NCBI RefSeq assembly: GCF_009914755.1
Contig: NC_060947.1
Reading direction: 5' to 3' (one strand)
Source of the DNA: the human T2T-CHM13v2.0 reference genome, Homo sapiens
Length of the DNA stretch: 64,000 nt
The notes under the pieces are model-generated. The model made no database searches, was not told the DNA's origin, and saw only the letters and a list, made by a program, of their open reading frames with translations. The position numbers and the translations under genes were made by a program. Of this stretch, positions 12,801-28,760 are shown piece by piece. Positions within the stretch are counted from its first letter, which is position 1, and every line of letters begins with the position of its first letter.

Positions 12801-14814
12801 CTGGCATAAAACAGACACATAGGCCAATTGAAAAGACTAGAGAACCCAGAAACAAACCCACACACTTACAGTAAACTCATTTTCAATAAAGGTGCCAAGA
12901 ATATACATTGGAGAAAAGATAGTCTCTACAATAAATGGTGCTGGAAAACTTGATATGTATGAGCAGAGGAATGAAACCAGACCCCTATCTCTCACCAAAT
13001 ACAAAAATTAAATCAAAACCAATTAAAGACTTAGAAATCTAAGACATCAAACTATGAAAGTGCTACAAGAAAACTTTGTGGAAAATCTCCAGGACATTGA
13101 CCTCTGCAAAATTTTCTTGAGAAATATTCCAAAAGCACAGACAGCCAATGCAAAAATGTACAAATGGGATCACATCAAGGTAAAAAAGTATCTTCACAGC
13201 AAAGAAAACAATGAACACGGTAAAGAGACAACCCACAGAACAGGATAAAATAGTATCAAACTACCTATCTGACAAGGGATTAATAACTAGAATATATAAG
13301 GAGATTAAGCAACTCTATAGGAGAAAATCTAATAATGTAATCAAAAGCTGGTCAAAGGATTTAAAGAGACATTTCTCAAAAGACAACATACAAATGAAAA
13401 ACAGGCATTTGAAAAGGTGCTCAACATCATCAATCATGGGAGAAATGCTAAACTACAATGAGATATCACCTCACCCCAGTTAAAATGGCTTATATCCAAA
13501 AGAAACCAATAACAAATTCTGGTGAGGATCTGGAGAAAAGGAAACCCTCGTACACTGTTGGTAGGAACGTAAATTAGTACAACCAGTATGGAAAGCAGTT
13601 TGGAGGCTCCTCAAAAAACTAAAAATAGAACTACCATATGATCTAGCAGTCCCACTGCTGGATATATACACCAAAGAAAGAAAATCAGTATATTGAAGTG
13701 ATAGTTGCACTACCGTGTTTGTTGTAGCAACATTCACAACAGTCCAGATTTGGAAGCAACCTAAGTGCCTATCAACAGATAAAGGGATAAAGAAAACATG
13801 ATAAGTATACATAATGTAGTACTAGTTGGCAACAAAAATAATAATGTTCTGCCATTTGCAACAACGTGGATGGTACTGGAGATTATTATGTTATGTGATA
13901 TAATCCAGGCACAGAAAGATAAACGTCATATGTTCTCATATATTTGTGGGACCTAAAACTCAAAACAATTGAACTCATGGATATAGAGAGTAGAAGAATG
14001 GTTACCAGAGGCTGGGAAGTGTAGTGGGAAATGGGGAGAGGTAGTTATTGATAATGGATCAAAAAATAGTTCAAAAGAATAAATAAGACTTACTATTTGA
14101 TTGCATAACAGGGTGACTAAATACAATCATAATTTAATTGTACATTTTAAAATCGCTAAAAGAGTATAATTGTATTGTTTGTAACACAAAAGATAAATGC
14201 TTGAGTGATAGATACCCCATTCTTTATTATGTGATTACTGTGCATTTTATGCCTGCATCAACACATCCCATGTACCCAATAAATATATGTATGTACAATC
14301 ATATATATATGTACAATCAAGAAAAATCATTAGATTTATATTCCAACAGCAAACAATCTGAAAAAACTCAAGAAAATAATTCTGCTTACAATATCTACAT
14401 GTAAAATCAAATTAAACACCTTGAAAATATCTCAATCAAACAACAACTAGAAAACACTGATGAAAAAAATTGAATGTGACACCAAAAATTGGAAAGATAT
14501 TTCATGGTCCTGGATTAGAAGAATCAATATTGTTATAATGTCCATAATACACACAACAGTTTATGCATTTAATTCAATTGCTATAAAAATACCAACGACA
14601 TTCTCCACAGAATTAGAAAAAAATTCTAAAAAACACAAAAGTTAAAATAAGAAATTAAAAAAACTTACATCGAACAACAAAAGTTCAAGAATAGTGAAAA
14701 TAACACCAAACTGGAAGAATTACATTATCTTATTTAAAATTATACTACAGAGCTATATATAGTATATATGTACATATATACTATATACCCACAAAAATTA
14801 AAATTTCATTTTTG

Positions 14815-17800
14815 GAAGACATAGATTGGCTGAATGAATTTTAAAAAGTTACTGAAGTACATGCTACCTACAAGAAAAACATTTAATCTCTAAAGACACA
14901 TAGACTGATATAAAAGGATGGAAAAAGACATTCGATGTAAAAGGAAACCCAAAAAGTGGAAGTATCTGTACTTATATTAAAAAAAATATTTCAAAATAAA
15001 AACTATAAGAAGAGGCAATGTCATTATATACTGATAAAGGAATCAATTCAGTAAGAGGATATTACTATTACATCTATATTTATATCAATATCAATATCCA
15101 TATAACTATTATATCTATATATAAAACTATTATATATAGAGACAGTTATATTTTCTTGCTGAATTGACCCTATATATAATTATTTATATATTACAAATAA
15201 TATTTATATACATATATAGTAGTTATATATATGCATTTAAGACTTGAGTGACCACATATATAAAGCACGTTAGTGCTAAAAAGAGAGATAGACCCCAACA
15301 CAATAATAGGAAGAGACCTCAATACCCCATTTTCTGACCTGAACGGACCTTCTGCAAAGAAAATTAACAAAGAAATATAGAACTTAGGCCAAGTGTGGTG
15401 GCTCATGCCTGTAATCCCAGCACTTTGGGAGGCCGAGGTGGGTGGATCATGAGGTCAGGAATTCAAGACCAGCCTGGCCAAGAAGGTGAAACCTCATATA
15501 TACTAAAAATACAAAAAATTAGCTGGGTGCAGTGGCAGGCACCTGTAATCCCAGCTACTCGGGAAGCTGAGGCAGGAGAGTCGCTTGAACTCGGAGGGCA
15601 GAGGTTTCAGGGAGCTGAGATGGCACCACTGCACTCCAGCCTGATGACAGAGTGAGACTCCATCTCAAAAAAAAAAAAAAAGGAAATATGGAACTTAATC
15701 TACATTATAGAACAAATGGGAGTAACAGATATTTATAGAACTTTTCTTCATCCAATGACTGCAGAATACACATTCTTTTCTTCAGTACATGAATCACTCT
15801 AAAGAACAAATCATGTGTTGTGTCACAAAAAAGGTTTAAAATACTCAAAAATACTGAAATAATATCAAGCATCTTCTCTGACAACAATGGATAAAACTAG
15901 AAATCAATAACACGAGGAATTTGGGAACTATACAAATGGATGGAAATTAAATAATATGCTCTTGAAAGACCAGTGGATCAATGAAGAAAATAAGATGTAA
16001 ATTAAAAATTTTTGGAAACAAATGATAATGGAAACAACATACTAAAATATACAGGATACAGTAAAAGCAGTCTTAGGAGGGAAGTTTATAACTATAAGCA
16101 TCTACATCAAAAAGAAGAATAACATCACATAAATAATCTAATGATGTATCTAAAAGAACTAGAAAAGCAAGAGAAAACCAAACCCAATTTAGTAGAATAA
16201 AAAAAGTAAAGAGTCAAAATAAATAAAGTTGAAACAAAGAAAACAATACAAAAGATCAACAATATAAAGAGTTGGCTTTTTTCAAAGGTAAACAAAATTG
16301 ACAAACCTTTTGTCACACAAACCAAGAAAAAAAAAAGAGAAGACTCAAACAGAGCCAGAGATGAAAAAGAGAACAATACAACTATGCCACAGAAATACAT
16401 AGGATCATTAGTGGCTATTATGAGCAAATATATGACAATTAATAGGAAAATCTAGAAGAAACAGATAATTTCCTAGACACATACAACCTACCAAGATTGA
16501 ACCATGAAGTAATCAAACCTGAAGAGACCAATAACAGGTAATGAGATTGAAGTTGCAATAAAAATCTCCTAGCAAAGAAACACTCAGGAGCTAACGGCCT
16601 CACTGCTGAATTCCACCATACATTTAAATAAGAATATCAACACTGCTCAAACTATTCTGAAACATAGAGGAGGGAATGCTTCCAGATACATTCTGTGTTT
16701 GGAGGGAATGCTTCCAAATACATTCTATGAGGCCCTGATACCAAAACCAAAGACACACAAAAAGAGAAAACTATAGGCCATAATGCTGATGAATATTGAT
16801 GCAAATATCCTCAAAAAATACTACCAAATTATATTCAACAATATGTTAAAAAGATCATTTATCATGACCAAATGGGATTTATCTTGGGGATGGAATGATA
16901 ATTCAACATACACAAATCAATCAATGTAATATATCATATAAACACAATGAAGGACAATAATCATGATCATTTCAATTGATGCTGAAAAATTATTTGATGA
17001 AATTTAATATCCCTTCATGAGAAAAACCCTCAAAAAACTGGATATAGAAGAAAAATACCTCGCAATAAAAGACATATATGACAGACCCACAGCTATATTA
17101 TAATGAATGAGAAAAAAATAAAAGCCTTTTCTCTAAGATCTGGAACAAAACAAAGATGTTCACTTTCAACACTGTTATTCAACATAATACTGGAAATTCT
17201 CAAAAGAACAGTCAGACAACAGAAAGAAATAAAGTGCATTCAAAGAGGAAATAAGTCAAATTATCCTTGTTTGCAGATAATATGATCTTATATTTGTGAA
17301 AATCTAAAGACTCCAACAAAACACTTAGAACTGATAAATTCAGTAAAATTGCAGGATATAAAATCAACATACAAAAATCAGTAGATTTATGTTCCAATAG
17401 CAAACAATCTGAAAAAACTCAAGAAAATAATTCTGCTTACACTATCTAAATGTAAAAGCAAATTAAACACCTTGGAAATAACTCAATCAAACAACAACTA
17501 GAAAACACTGATGAAAAAATTGAATGTGACACCAAAAATTGGAAAGATATTTCATGGTCCTGGATTAGAAGAATCAATATTGTTATAATGTCCATACTAC
17601 ACACAACAGTTTATACATTTAATTCAATTGCTATCAAAACACCAACGACATTCTTCACAGAATTAGAAAAAAATTCTAAAAACCACAAAAGTTAAAATAA
17701 GAAATTAAAAAAACTTACATCGAACAACAAAAGTTCCAGAATAGTGAAAATAATACCAAACTGGAAGAATTACATTATTTTATTTAAAATTATACTACAG

Positions 17801-19208
17801 AGCTATAGTAAGCAAAATAGCATGATACTGGAATAAAAACAGACACATAGACCAATGAAATAGAACAGGGAACTCAGAAAAAAATACATACATCTACAGT
17901 GAACTCATTTTCAACAAATGCTCCCAGAACATGCAATACAGCAAGGACAGTTTCTTCAATAAATGGTGCTGTGAAAACTGGATATCCATATGCAAAAGAA
18001 TAAAAGTAGACTTCTATATCTTGCCACATACAAAAAGCAATTCAAAATGGATTACAGACTTTAAGACTTCAAACTATAAAACTACTTAAAGAAAAACTTG
18101 GGAGAAACATTCCAAGATAATTGTCTGGGCAAAATTTTTTTGAGTAATACCCCACAAGCACAGGCAAAGAAAGCAAAAATGGACAAATTTGATTCTATCA
18201 AGTTAAAATGTTTCTGCATTGCAAAGGTAACAATCAGGAAATTGAAAAGCAACCCACAGAATGGGAGAAAATGTTTGCAAATTATCCATCTGATGCAATA
18301 TTAATAACCAGAATATGTAAGTAACTCAAATAACTCTATATGAAAAAATCTAATAATTCAACCAAAAAATGGGCAAAAGATTAGAATAGACATTTCTCAA
18401 AAGAAGACATACAAATAGCAAACAGGTATATGAAAAGATGCCCAACCTCATTCATTATCAGACAAATGCAAATCAAGACCACACAATGACATATCATCTC
18501 ACCCCAGTCAGAATGGGTTTTATTAAAAAGTCAAAAAATAACAGATGCTAGTAAGGTTTCAGAGAAAAGGGAATGCATACATACTGCTTGTGAGAATATA
18601 AATTAGTTCAACCATTGTGAAAAGCAGTGTGATGATTTCTCAAAGAACTTGAAACAGAACTACCACTCTACCCAGCAATCCCATTATCAGGTATATACTC
18701 AAAGGAATGTAAATCATTCTTCCATAAAGACATATACATGTGTATGTTCATCACAGCACTATTCACTACAGCAAACTTATGGAATAAACCTATGTACCCA
18801 TCAACAGTAGACTGGTTAAAGAAAATGTGATACATATGCACCATGGAATACTATGTAGCCATAAAAAAGAATGAGCTAATATCCTTTGAAGCAATATGGA
18901 TACATCTGGAGGGCATAATTCTAAGTTAACTAATTCAGGAACAGAAAACCGAATACCACATGTTCTCCTTATAAGTGGGAGGTAAACATTAAATACACAT
19001 GGACACAGAGAAGGAAAAACAACAGACACCAGGGACTATTTAAGGTTGGAGTGCAAGACAAGGGAGAGGATGGAAAAACTACCTATCATGTACCATGCTT
19101 ATTTCGAGTGATTAAATAATCTTTACACCAAGCCCCTGTGACATACAACTTACCTATATAATGAACCTGTACATGTATCACTGAACCTCAAATAAAAGTT
19201 AAAAAAGA
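14815..19208 (+). mobile_element. 5'-truncated L1 from the ORF2 EN region to the 3' end; L1MA-like body, L1PA15/16-like tail
   Basis: Starts at aagacatagattggctgaatg. Degenerate ORF2 motifs ([19 protein letters not shown]). 3'UTR gagaggatggaaaaactacctatc...aataaaagttaaaaaa. Confidence 0.8.
15387..15681 (+). mobile_element. Alu (AluS)
   Basis: Dimeric Alu with an A tail. TSD agaaatatagaactta / ggaaatatggaactta. Confidence 0.95.
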
Positions 19209-21430
19209 AATGGAAAGATCAGCTTTTCAGTTTTATCTTCCAACTTATATTGACAAGATAAAGAAATGGTTAAAAATGCATGATTAGAAGAAGGGGCCAA
19301 GGTGGCCAATTGGAAGCAGCTGCTCTTCACGGTTCTCACGGAGGGGAATGAAAATGGAGAGTGAATTCAGCATCTTCAACTGAAATATCCAGGTTCTCAC
19401 ATTGGGACTGACTAGGCAGACAACTTGAACCATGGAGAAGGAAGAAAAGTAGGTTGGGGAGATGGTCCATACAAGAGAGGCATGAAATCAAAGCAACCCC
19501 CACCCTCAGCCAAGGGAAGAGGTGAGTGATCATGTGACTCCACCTGAGAAACCATGCTTCTGTCACAAATCTTTGCAACCTTCATATCAGGAGATCCTCT
19601 CGTGAGCCCACGCCACTAGGGTCTTGGGTTTGATACACAGAGCTGTGCAGAGTCTTGGCAAAGCAGTCATTCGAGCTCACACAGAGACCCAGGAGCTTAC
19701 AGACACCAGTCCTGGAAATCTCAGCAGGGTGGGAGATCCATCCGTACATTCTCCTTGGAAGGGGGCTGAATCCAAGGATCCAAAGAGCATCATTCTGTGG
19801 GCCTGCCTTCCATGGCACCTAACAAGTTAAGACCCACTGGCGTGGAATTCCAGCCAACAAGCACAACAGGCTGAAGACTGCCTGAGATGGGTGAATTCCT
19901 AGTTGGAGGGGCAGCCACCATTTCCACAGTTAGGTTGACTCAGACATTCTAGTCCGCCAGCTCTGAGAAGTCCAGGTGGTCCAAAAAAGGAGTTTCCAAC
20001 AATGCAGCACAGCTGATGTGTCAGATTGTGGCCAGACTGCTTCTTTAAGTGGGACCCCAATTCATCCCTCCTCACTGGGCAGGGCCTCTCTGTGGGAATT
20101 TCAGCAACTCCAGCCAGGGCTATACAGACAGAATTCTGAACTCTCCCTGGGATGGAGCCCCTGGGAGGAGGGGTGGCCAATGTGTCTGCATTTCAGTTGA
20201 CTCAGCCTTTCCAGCCTACTGGCTCTGGAGAGTCCAGGTGGTCTGGACGAGGAAGGGTTCCTCACAATGCAGCACACCTGCTCTACCAAAGAACAGCCAG
20301 ACTGCTTCTTTAAGCGGGTCCCTGATCCCATCCCTCCTGACTGGGTGAGACATCCCAACAGGGTCTCAAGTCACTTCCTAGAGGAGTGTCTGGGCTGGCC
20401 ACAGTTCAGAAACCCCCTGGGATTGAGCTCCCAAAGGAAAAAGCTGTCTGCCACCTTTGCTGTTTCACAGCCTTCACTGATGATACCTCCCGGTAAGGGA
20501 AAAACTGAGGCAAATAGGGTCTGGAGCGATCTCCCAGCAAACTATTATGGAATAGTGGCCTGACTGTTAAAAGAAAAACAAACAGCAACAACAACAACGT
20601 CAACAAAAAAGATGCCACAAAACCCCATTAAAAGGTCAGCAACCTCAAAAATTAAAGGTAGATAAGCCCACAAAGATGATAAAGAGTAAATGCAAAAATG
20701 CTGAAAACTAAAAAAGCCAGAGTGCGTCTTCTCCTCCAAATGGCTGCAACACCTGTCCAGCAATGGCATAGAACTGGGCTGAGGCTGAGATGGCTGAATT
20801 GACAGAAGTAGGCTTCAGAAGCTGGGTAATAATGAACTTGGCTGAGCTACAGAAGCATATTGTAACCCAGTGCAAAGAAGCTAAGAATCATGATAAAACA
20901 ATAAAGGAGCTGATAAACAGAATAGTTAATGTGGAGAGGAGCAAAACTGACCTGATGGAGCTAAAAAACACGAGAAATTCACAATGCGATCACAAGTATC
21001 AATAGAGAATAGATCAAGCAGAAGAAAGAATCTCAGAGCTTGAAGACTATCTTTCTGAAATAATACAGGCAGGCAAGAATAAAGAAAAAAGAAAAGGAAT
21101 GAAAAAAACCCGGAAGAAATATGGGACTATGCAAAAAGACTGAACCTATGACTGATTGGGTTTCCTGAAGGAGATGGGGAGAACAGAACCAAGTTAAAAA
21201 ACATACTTCACATCCAGGAGAACTTCTCCAACTCAGCAAGACAGGTCAACATTCAAATTCAGGAAATCCAGAGGAACCTAGTAAGATACTCCATGAGAAG
21301 ATCAACCCCAAGACACATAATCATCAAATTCTCTGAGGTCGAAAGGAAAGAAAAAATGTTAAGGGAAGCCAGAGAGAAAGGTCAGGTCACCTACAAAGGG
21401 AAATCCAACAGACTAACAGCAGATCTCTCA

Positions 21431-22086
<656 letters not shown>

Positions 22087-22406
22087 CTCCAACAGAAAAT
22101 TTCATTCTCGACCAAATTAAGCTATATAAGTGAAGGAAAAAAAAATACTTTTCAGACAAGCAAATGCTGAGGGAATTCATCACCACCAGGCCTGCCTTGC
22201 AAGAGCTCCTGAAGGAAGTACTAAATATTGAAAGATAAAAACATTACCAGCCACTACAAAAACACACTGAAGTAAAAAGATCAGAGACAGTATGAAGCAA
22301 CCACATAAACAAGTCTGCAAAATAACCAGCTAGCATCATGATGACAGGCACAAATTCACACATAACAATTCTAACCTTAAATGTAAATGGGCTAAATGCC
22401 CCAATT

Positions 22407-23578
<1,172 letters not shown>

Positions 23579-26500
23579 TCATGTGCAAAGACAGACATAG
23601 GCTCAAAATAAAGGGGTGGAAAAAAATTTACCAAGCAAATGGAAAACAAAAAAAGCAGAGGTTGCAATCCTAGTTTCTGACATAACAGACATTAAAGCAA
23701 CAAAGATAAAAAAAAATACTAAGAAGGGCATTACATAATGAAATAGGTTCAATTCAGCAAGAAGAACTAACTGTCCTAAATATACATGCACCCAATACAG
23801 GAACACCCAGATTCATAAAGCAAGTTCTTAGAGACCTACAAAGAGACTTAGACTCCCACAGAACAATAGTTGGAGACTTTAACACCCCACTGACAATATT
23901 AGACAGACTATTGAGACAGAAAATTGACACAGATATTCAGGAACTGAACTCAGCTCTGAATAGGGTGCACCTAATAGATAGCTACAGAACTCTCCCCCTG
24001 AAGACAACAGAATATACATTCTTCTCAGTGCCACATGGCACTATAAAATTGATCAAAATTGGAAGCAAAACACTCCACAGCAAATGCAAAAGATCTGAAA
24101 TCATAAAACAGTTACTCAGACCACAGCACAATCAAATTAAAACTCACAAATTAGATTTACTCAAAACCACAAAACTACATGGAAATTGAAAAACCTGCTC
24201 CTGAATGACATTTGTGTAAATACTGAAATTAAGGTGGAAATCAAGCAGTTCTTTGAAACTCATGAGAACAAAGAGAAAATGTACCATAATCTCTGGAACA
24301 CAGGTAAAGCAGTACTACGAGGGAAATGTATAGCAATAACACTCACATAAAAAAGCTAGAAAGATTTCAACTTAAAGACCTAACATCACAGCTAAAAGAA
24401 CTAGAGATCCAAGAGCAAAAAACCCTACAGCTAGCAGAAGACACAAAATAACCAAGATCAGAGCTGAAGTGAAAAAGATAGAGACACAAAATACTCTTCA
24501 AAAAATTAACAAATCCATGAGCTGTTTCTTTGAAAACATTAATAAAATAGATGGACCACTATCTAGACTAATAAAAGAAGAGAGAAGAATCAAATAGACT
24601 CAATCAGAAATGAAAAGGGGGATATCACCCCTGCCCCTACAGAAATACAGACAGCCATCAGAGAATACTATAAACACTTCTATGCACATAAAGTAGAAAA
24701 TCTAGAAGAAATGGATAAATTCCTGGACACATGCACTCTCTCAAGACTGAATCGAAAAGAAATTGAATCCCTAAATAGACCAATAACGAGTTCTGGAACT
24801 GAGGCAGTAATAAATAGCTTACGAACCAGAAAAAAAGAGCTCAGGACCATACAGATTTACGCTGAATTCTATCAGAGGTACAAAGAAGAGCTGGTAATAG
24901 TTTTACTGAAACTATTTTTAAAAATTGGAAAAGAAGGACTGTTCTCTAACTCATTTTATGACACCAGCATCATCCTGATGCCAAAACCTGGCAGAGATAC
25001 AACAGAAAAAGAAAACTTCGGGCCAAATCTCTAATCAACTTTGATGCAAAAATCCTCAATGAAATACTGGCAAAGCAAATCCAGCAGCACATCAAAGAGC
25101 TTATCCACCAAGATCAAGTTAGCTTCATTCCCAGAATGAGCTGGTTCAACATATGCAAATCAATAAATGTGATTTATCACATAAACAGAACTAAAGACAA
25201 AAATCACATGATTATCTCAATGAATACAGGAAAGGCCTTTGATAAAATTCAACATCTCTTCATGGTAAAACCTCTTAATAAACTAGGTATTGATGGAACA
25301 TATCTCAAAATAATAAGAGCTACTTATGACAAACCCACAGCCAATATCTTACTGAATGGGCAAAAGCTGGAAGCATTCCCTTTGAAAACCAGTACAAGAC
25401 AAGTATGCCCTTTCTCACCACTCCTGTTCAACATGTTATTGGAAGTGCTCGCCAGGGCAATCAGGCAAGAGAAAGAAATAAAGTGTATTCAAATAGGAAA
25501 AGAGAAAGTACAATTGTCTTTGTTTGCAGATGACATGATCCTATATCTAGAAAACCCCATTGTCTCAACCCAAAAGCTCCTTAAGCTGATAAGAGACTTC
25601 AGCAATGTCTCAGGGTACAAAATCTATGTGCAAAAATCACAAGCATTTCTATACACCAACAACAGACAAACAGAGAGCCAAATCATGAAATCCCATTCAC
25701 AATGGCTACAAAGTGAATAAAATACCTAGGAATACAGCTAACAAGGGAAGTGAAGGACCTCTTCAAGGAGAACTACAAACCACTGCTCAAGGAAATCAGA
25801 GGGGACACAAACAAATGGAAAAATATTTCATGCTCATGAATAGGAAGATTCAATATTGTGAAAATGGCCATACCACCCAAAGTAATTTATAGGTTCAATG
25901 GTACCATTTCCATTCTTCACAGAATGAGAAGAAGCACTTTTAAAATTCATATGGAACTAAAAAGAGCCCGAATAGCCAAGACAATTCTAGGAAAAAAGAA
26001 TGAAGTTGGAGGAATCATGCTACTACAGGGTGACAGTAACCAAAACAGCACGGTACTGGTACAAAAAAGACACATAGACCAATGAAACAGAATAGAGAAC
26101 TCAGAAATAAGACCGCACACCTACAACCATCTGATCTTCAAAAAACCTTACAAAAACAGTCAATGGGGCAAGGATTCCCTATTTAATAAATGGTGCTGTG
26201 AGAACTGGCTAACCATATGCAGAAAATTGAAACAAGACTCCTTCCTTACACCTTATACAAAAATTAACTCAGGATTGTTTAAAGACATAAACGCAAAACC
26301 CAAATATAAAAATGGTGGGGAAAAACCTAGGCAAACCATTCATGACATAGGCACAGGCAAAGACTTCATGATGAAAATGCCGAAAGCAAAGGCAACAAAA
26401 GCAAACATCGACAAATGAGATCTAATTAAACTAAAGAGCTTCTGCACAGCAAAAGAAACTATCATCAGAGTTAACAGGCAACCTACAGAGTGGGAGAAAA

Positions 26501-27254
26501 CTTTTGCAATCTATCCATCTGACAAAAGTCTAATAACCAGAATCTACAAGGAACTTAAACAATTTTACTTACAAAAAAACCCCAAACAACTCCATTAAAA
26601 AGTGGGCAAAGTACATAAACTGACACTTCTCAAAAGAAGACTCATGTGGCCAATGAACACGAAAAAACTCAACATCACTGATCATTACAGAAATGCAAAT
26701 CAAAACCACAGTGAGATACCATCTCATGCCAGTCAGAATGGCAATTATTAAAAAGTCAAAAAACAACAAATACTAGCGAGGTTGCAGAGAAAATGTGATG
26801 TTTTACATTCTTAGTGGGAGTATAAATTAGTTCAACCATTGTGGAAGACAGTGTGGCAATTCCTCAAAGATCTGCAGGAAGATATACCCATTTGACCTAG
26901 GAATCTTATTACTGGGTATACCCAAAGGACTATAAATCATTCTAATATAAAGATACATACATGTGTATGTTCATTGCAGCACTATTCACTATTCACAATA
27001 GCAAAGACATGGAATCAATCCAAATGTCCATTGATGATAGACTGGTTAAAGAAAATGTGGTACATATACACCATGGAATACCATGAAGCCATAAAAAGGA
27101 AAAAGATTATGTCTTTTGCAGAGACATGGATGGAGCTGGAAGCTGTTGTCTTTACCAAACTAACGCAGGAATGGAAAACCAAACATCACATGTTCTCACT
27201 TATGAGAACTGAACGATGGGAACACATGAATTCATGCGGGTGAACAACACTTAA

Positions 27255-27700
27255 AATAATTTTATTTAATATTTGTATAGAAGATATATTCACATAATCA
27301 AAAAATAAATATGTGTATGTATTCTATACATATAATTGTATACAGTTAAACTCTCCATCTTACCTTTGTCCTCCATCTGCCTAGTTCCCTCCATACCTCA
27401 CAGATGTGACTTTTATTAGTCCCTTGTATAGCTTTGTTTCTTAATAAAAATACAAGCAAATATTAACATATGCTTTTATTTTTCTTTTTAGTTTTCCAAA
27501 GGTAGTGTACTATACTCTGCCCCTTACTCTGATTTTTTTAACTTAATATTTCATGACAATATACCATGTCAGTAGATAAAATGTTTTCTCATCCTTATTT
27601 GCAGCTATAGCATGTTCCATTTCATAGATTTACTGTAATTTATTTAAGAAATCCTGTATTACTGGACATTTGCTTTGGGTCAAGTCCTTTGTTATTCCCC
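27255..27700 (-). mobile_element. Highly decayed L1ME/MD-like 3' fragment
   Basis: Weak similarity to antisense old L1 3' sequence (ctggacatttg...cctttgttatt; tactgtaatttattt). Confidence 0.45.
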
Positions 27701-27815
27701 ATGCTTTCTTGACCTTCCCTAACTATTGATGCATCTTCATCTTATATCCCGTCTTTACAACCTTATTCTCTACTAGAAACCAAAAGGTTTTCTCACTTTT
27801 TGATCTCAGTCTTAG

Positions 27816-27905
27816 GGCATCTTCTGTGTTGCCTCCTATGTAGAGGCAGAGGATCTCACAGTCTATTCACTACAGGAAAGAGTGTACTTGTAGTTTGAGA
27901 ACTCT
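27816..27905 (+). pseudogene. Candidate exon A (90 nt, phase 0-0) of a decayed gene or lncRNA
   Basis: Pyrimidine-rich acceptor ...tctcagtcttag| and strong donor |gtaagt. Reads GIFCVASYVEAEDLTVYSLQERVYL*FENS, with one TAG. Confidence 0.35.
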
Positions 27906-28638
27906 GTAAGTGATGTGGTCAAAGGATCTTTCAGCAACACTCTGGAACTTCATATGAATGTAACAAAATTTCAGTTGTATCCTCTAAAAATTATAAAATA
28001 AAACAATATAATCAATAATGCTTCATTTTATAAAGTGCAATTATTCTTATTTTCTCCATTTTCCAGATAAGAAAACAGAGGCTTCATACAGTGTTTTTAA
28101 CTTGCCTAAAGTGGCCTCGTTGCATCAGAAAACCTGGATCTTCTTTCAGTCTAATGTTACTTTCTCCCTATGCCTGATTATGCCCTCTAATCCCTTTTAG
28201 TATATCCTTAGAGAGTTATTCTTGGCAAGAATGGGAAACCTTTTGGTTTTCCCAATCCCTCTATTAAATGACTTCGGAAAGAGGTACATCCTAAGTTATG
28301 ATCAACTAATGCTTTAAGTAGAGATTAATAGACAACCTAGTGGGAATAGGACATGATATATTTCAGATGCATCACAGGAAACAGGATAAATGTATATGTG
28401 TGTGCACAGGTGTTTTTATGTAAAAGTGTGTGCATGTGTGATGTAAAGGGAAGCAGTGGGTAACATCACAGGAGAAATAACCAGAGGAGCTAAATTGGGG
28501 AGAAGTGTGCAAAGACACATTTCTCTTGTCCTCAAAGTTATGTTGAGTGCTGACATGCAGGTACTGTCTATATGTCTGTTAATGACATTGGGAGGGAAGC
28601 TGCTGTAATTTAGACCCCTTTTGGGAATATCCCTTCAG

Positions 28639-28760
28639 GTCCTGGGCCTCAGTAGCCATTTATGACTTGTGTGACTGCCTAATAGCCATGACCGCTTGGT
28701 TGCTTTGTTATTTTCGTCACATCATCAACTCCCAAGTGTAACCTCACTTGAAATGCAGAG
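28639..28760 (+). pseudogene. Candidate exon B (122 nt)
   Basis: Acceptor cccttcag| and donor GAG|gtaaag. Frame 0 reads VLGLSSHL*LV*LPNSHDRLVALLFSSHHQLPSVTSLEMQ, with two TGA. Confidence 0.3.

Larger units (their letters stand above)
2474..14805 (+). mobile_element. Near full-length old L1 (L1MA1-3/L1M1-like), interrupted by a nested insertion at 6806-11029
   Basis: 5'UTR starts with ...aagatggcagaatag and carries internal repeats (~3300-4100). ORF1 remnant ~4590-5450 (ETLQARREW). EN region from ~5960 (FHANGNQK, IYAPN). ORF2 breaks at 6805 and resumes at 11044 (ttgggatacagcaaaagc). LFADD at ~12240. L1MA-type 3'UTR at ~13950-14805. Confidence 0.85.

Noticed and set aside
2455-14815. TSD for the large 2474 L1
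   Set aside because: aaagtcatct vs aatttcattt is too weak a match in AT-rich DNA to support.
19960-20350. Repeated ~250-bp units (also ~3300-4100) as a novel array
   Set aside because: Two or three degenerate units inside L1 5'UTRs, a normal feature of older primate L1 promoters. There is no repeat-spacer (CRISPR-like) structure.
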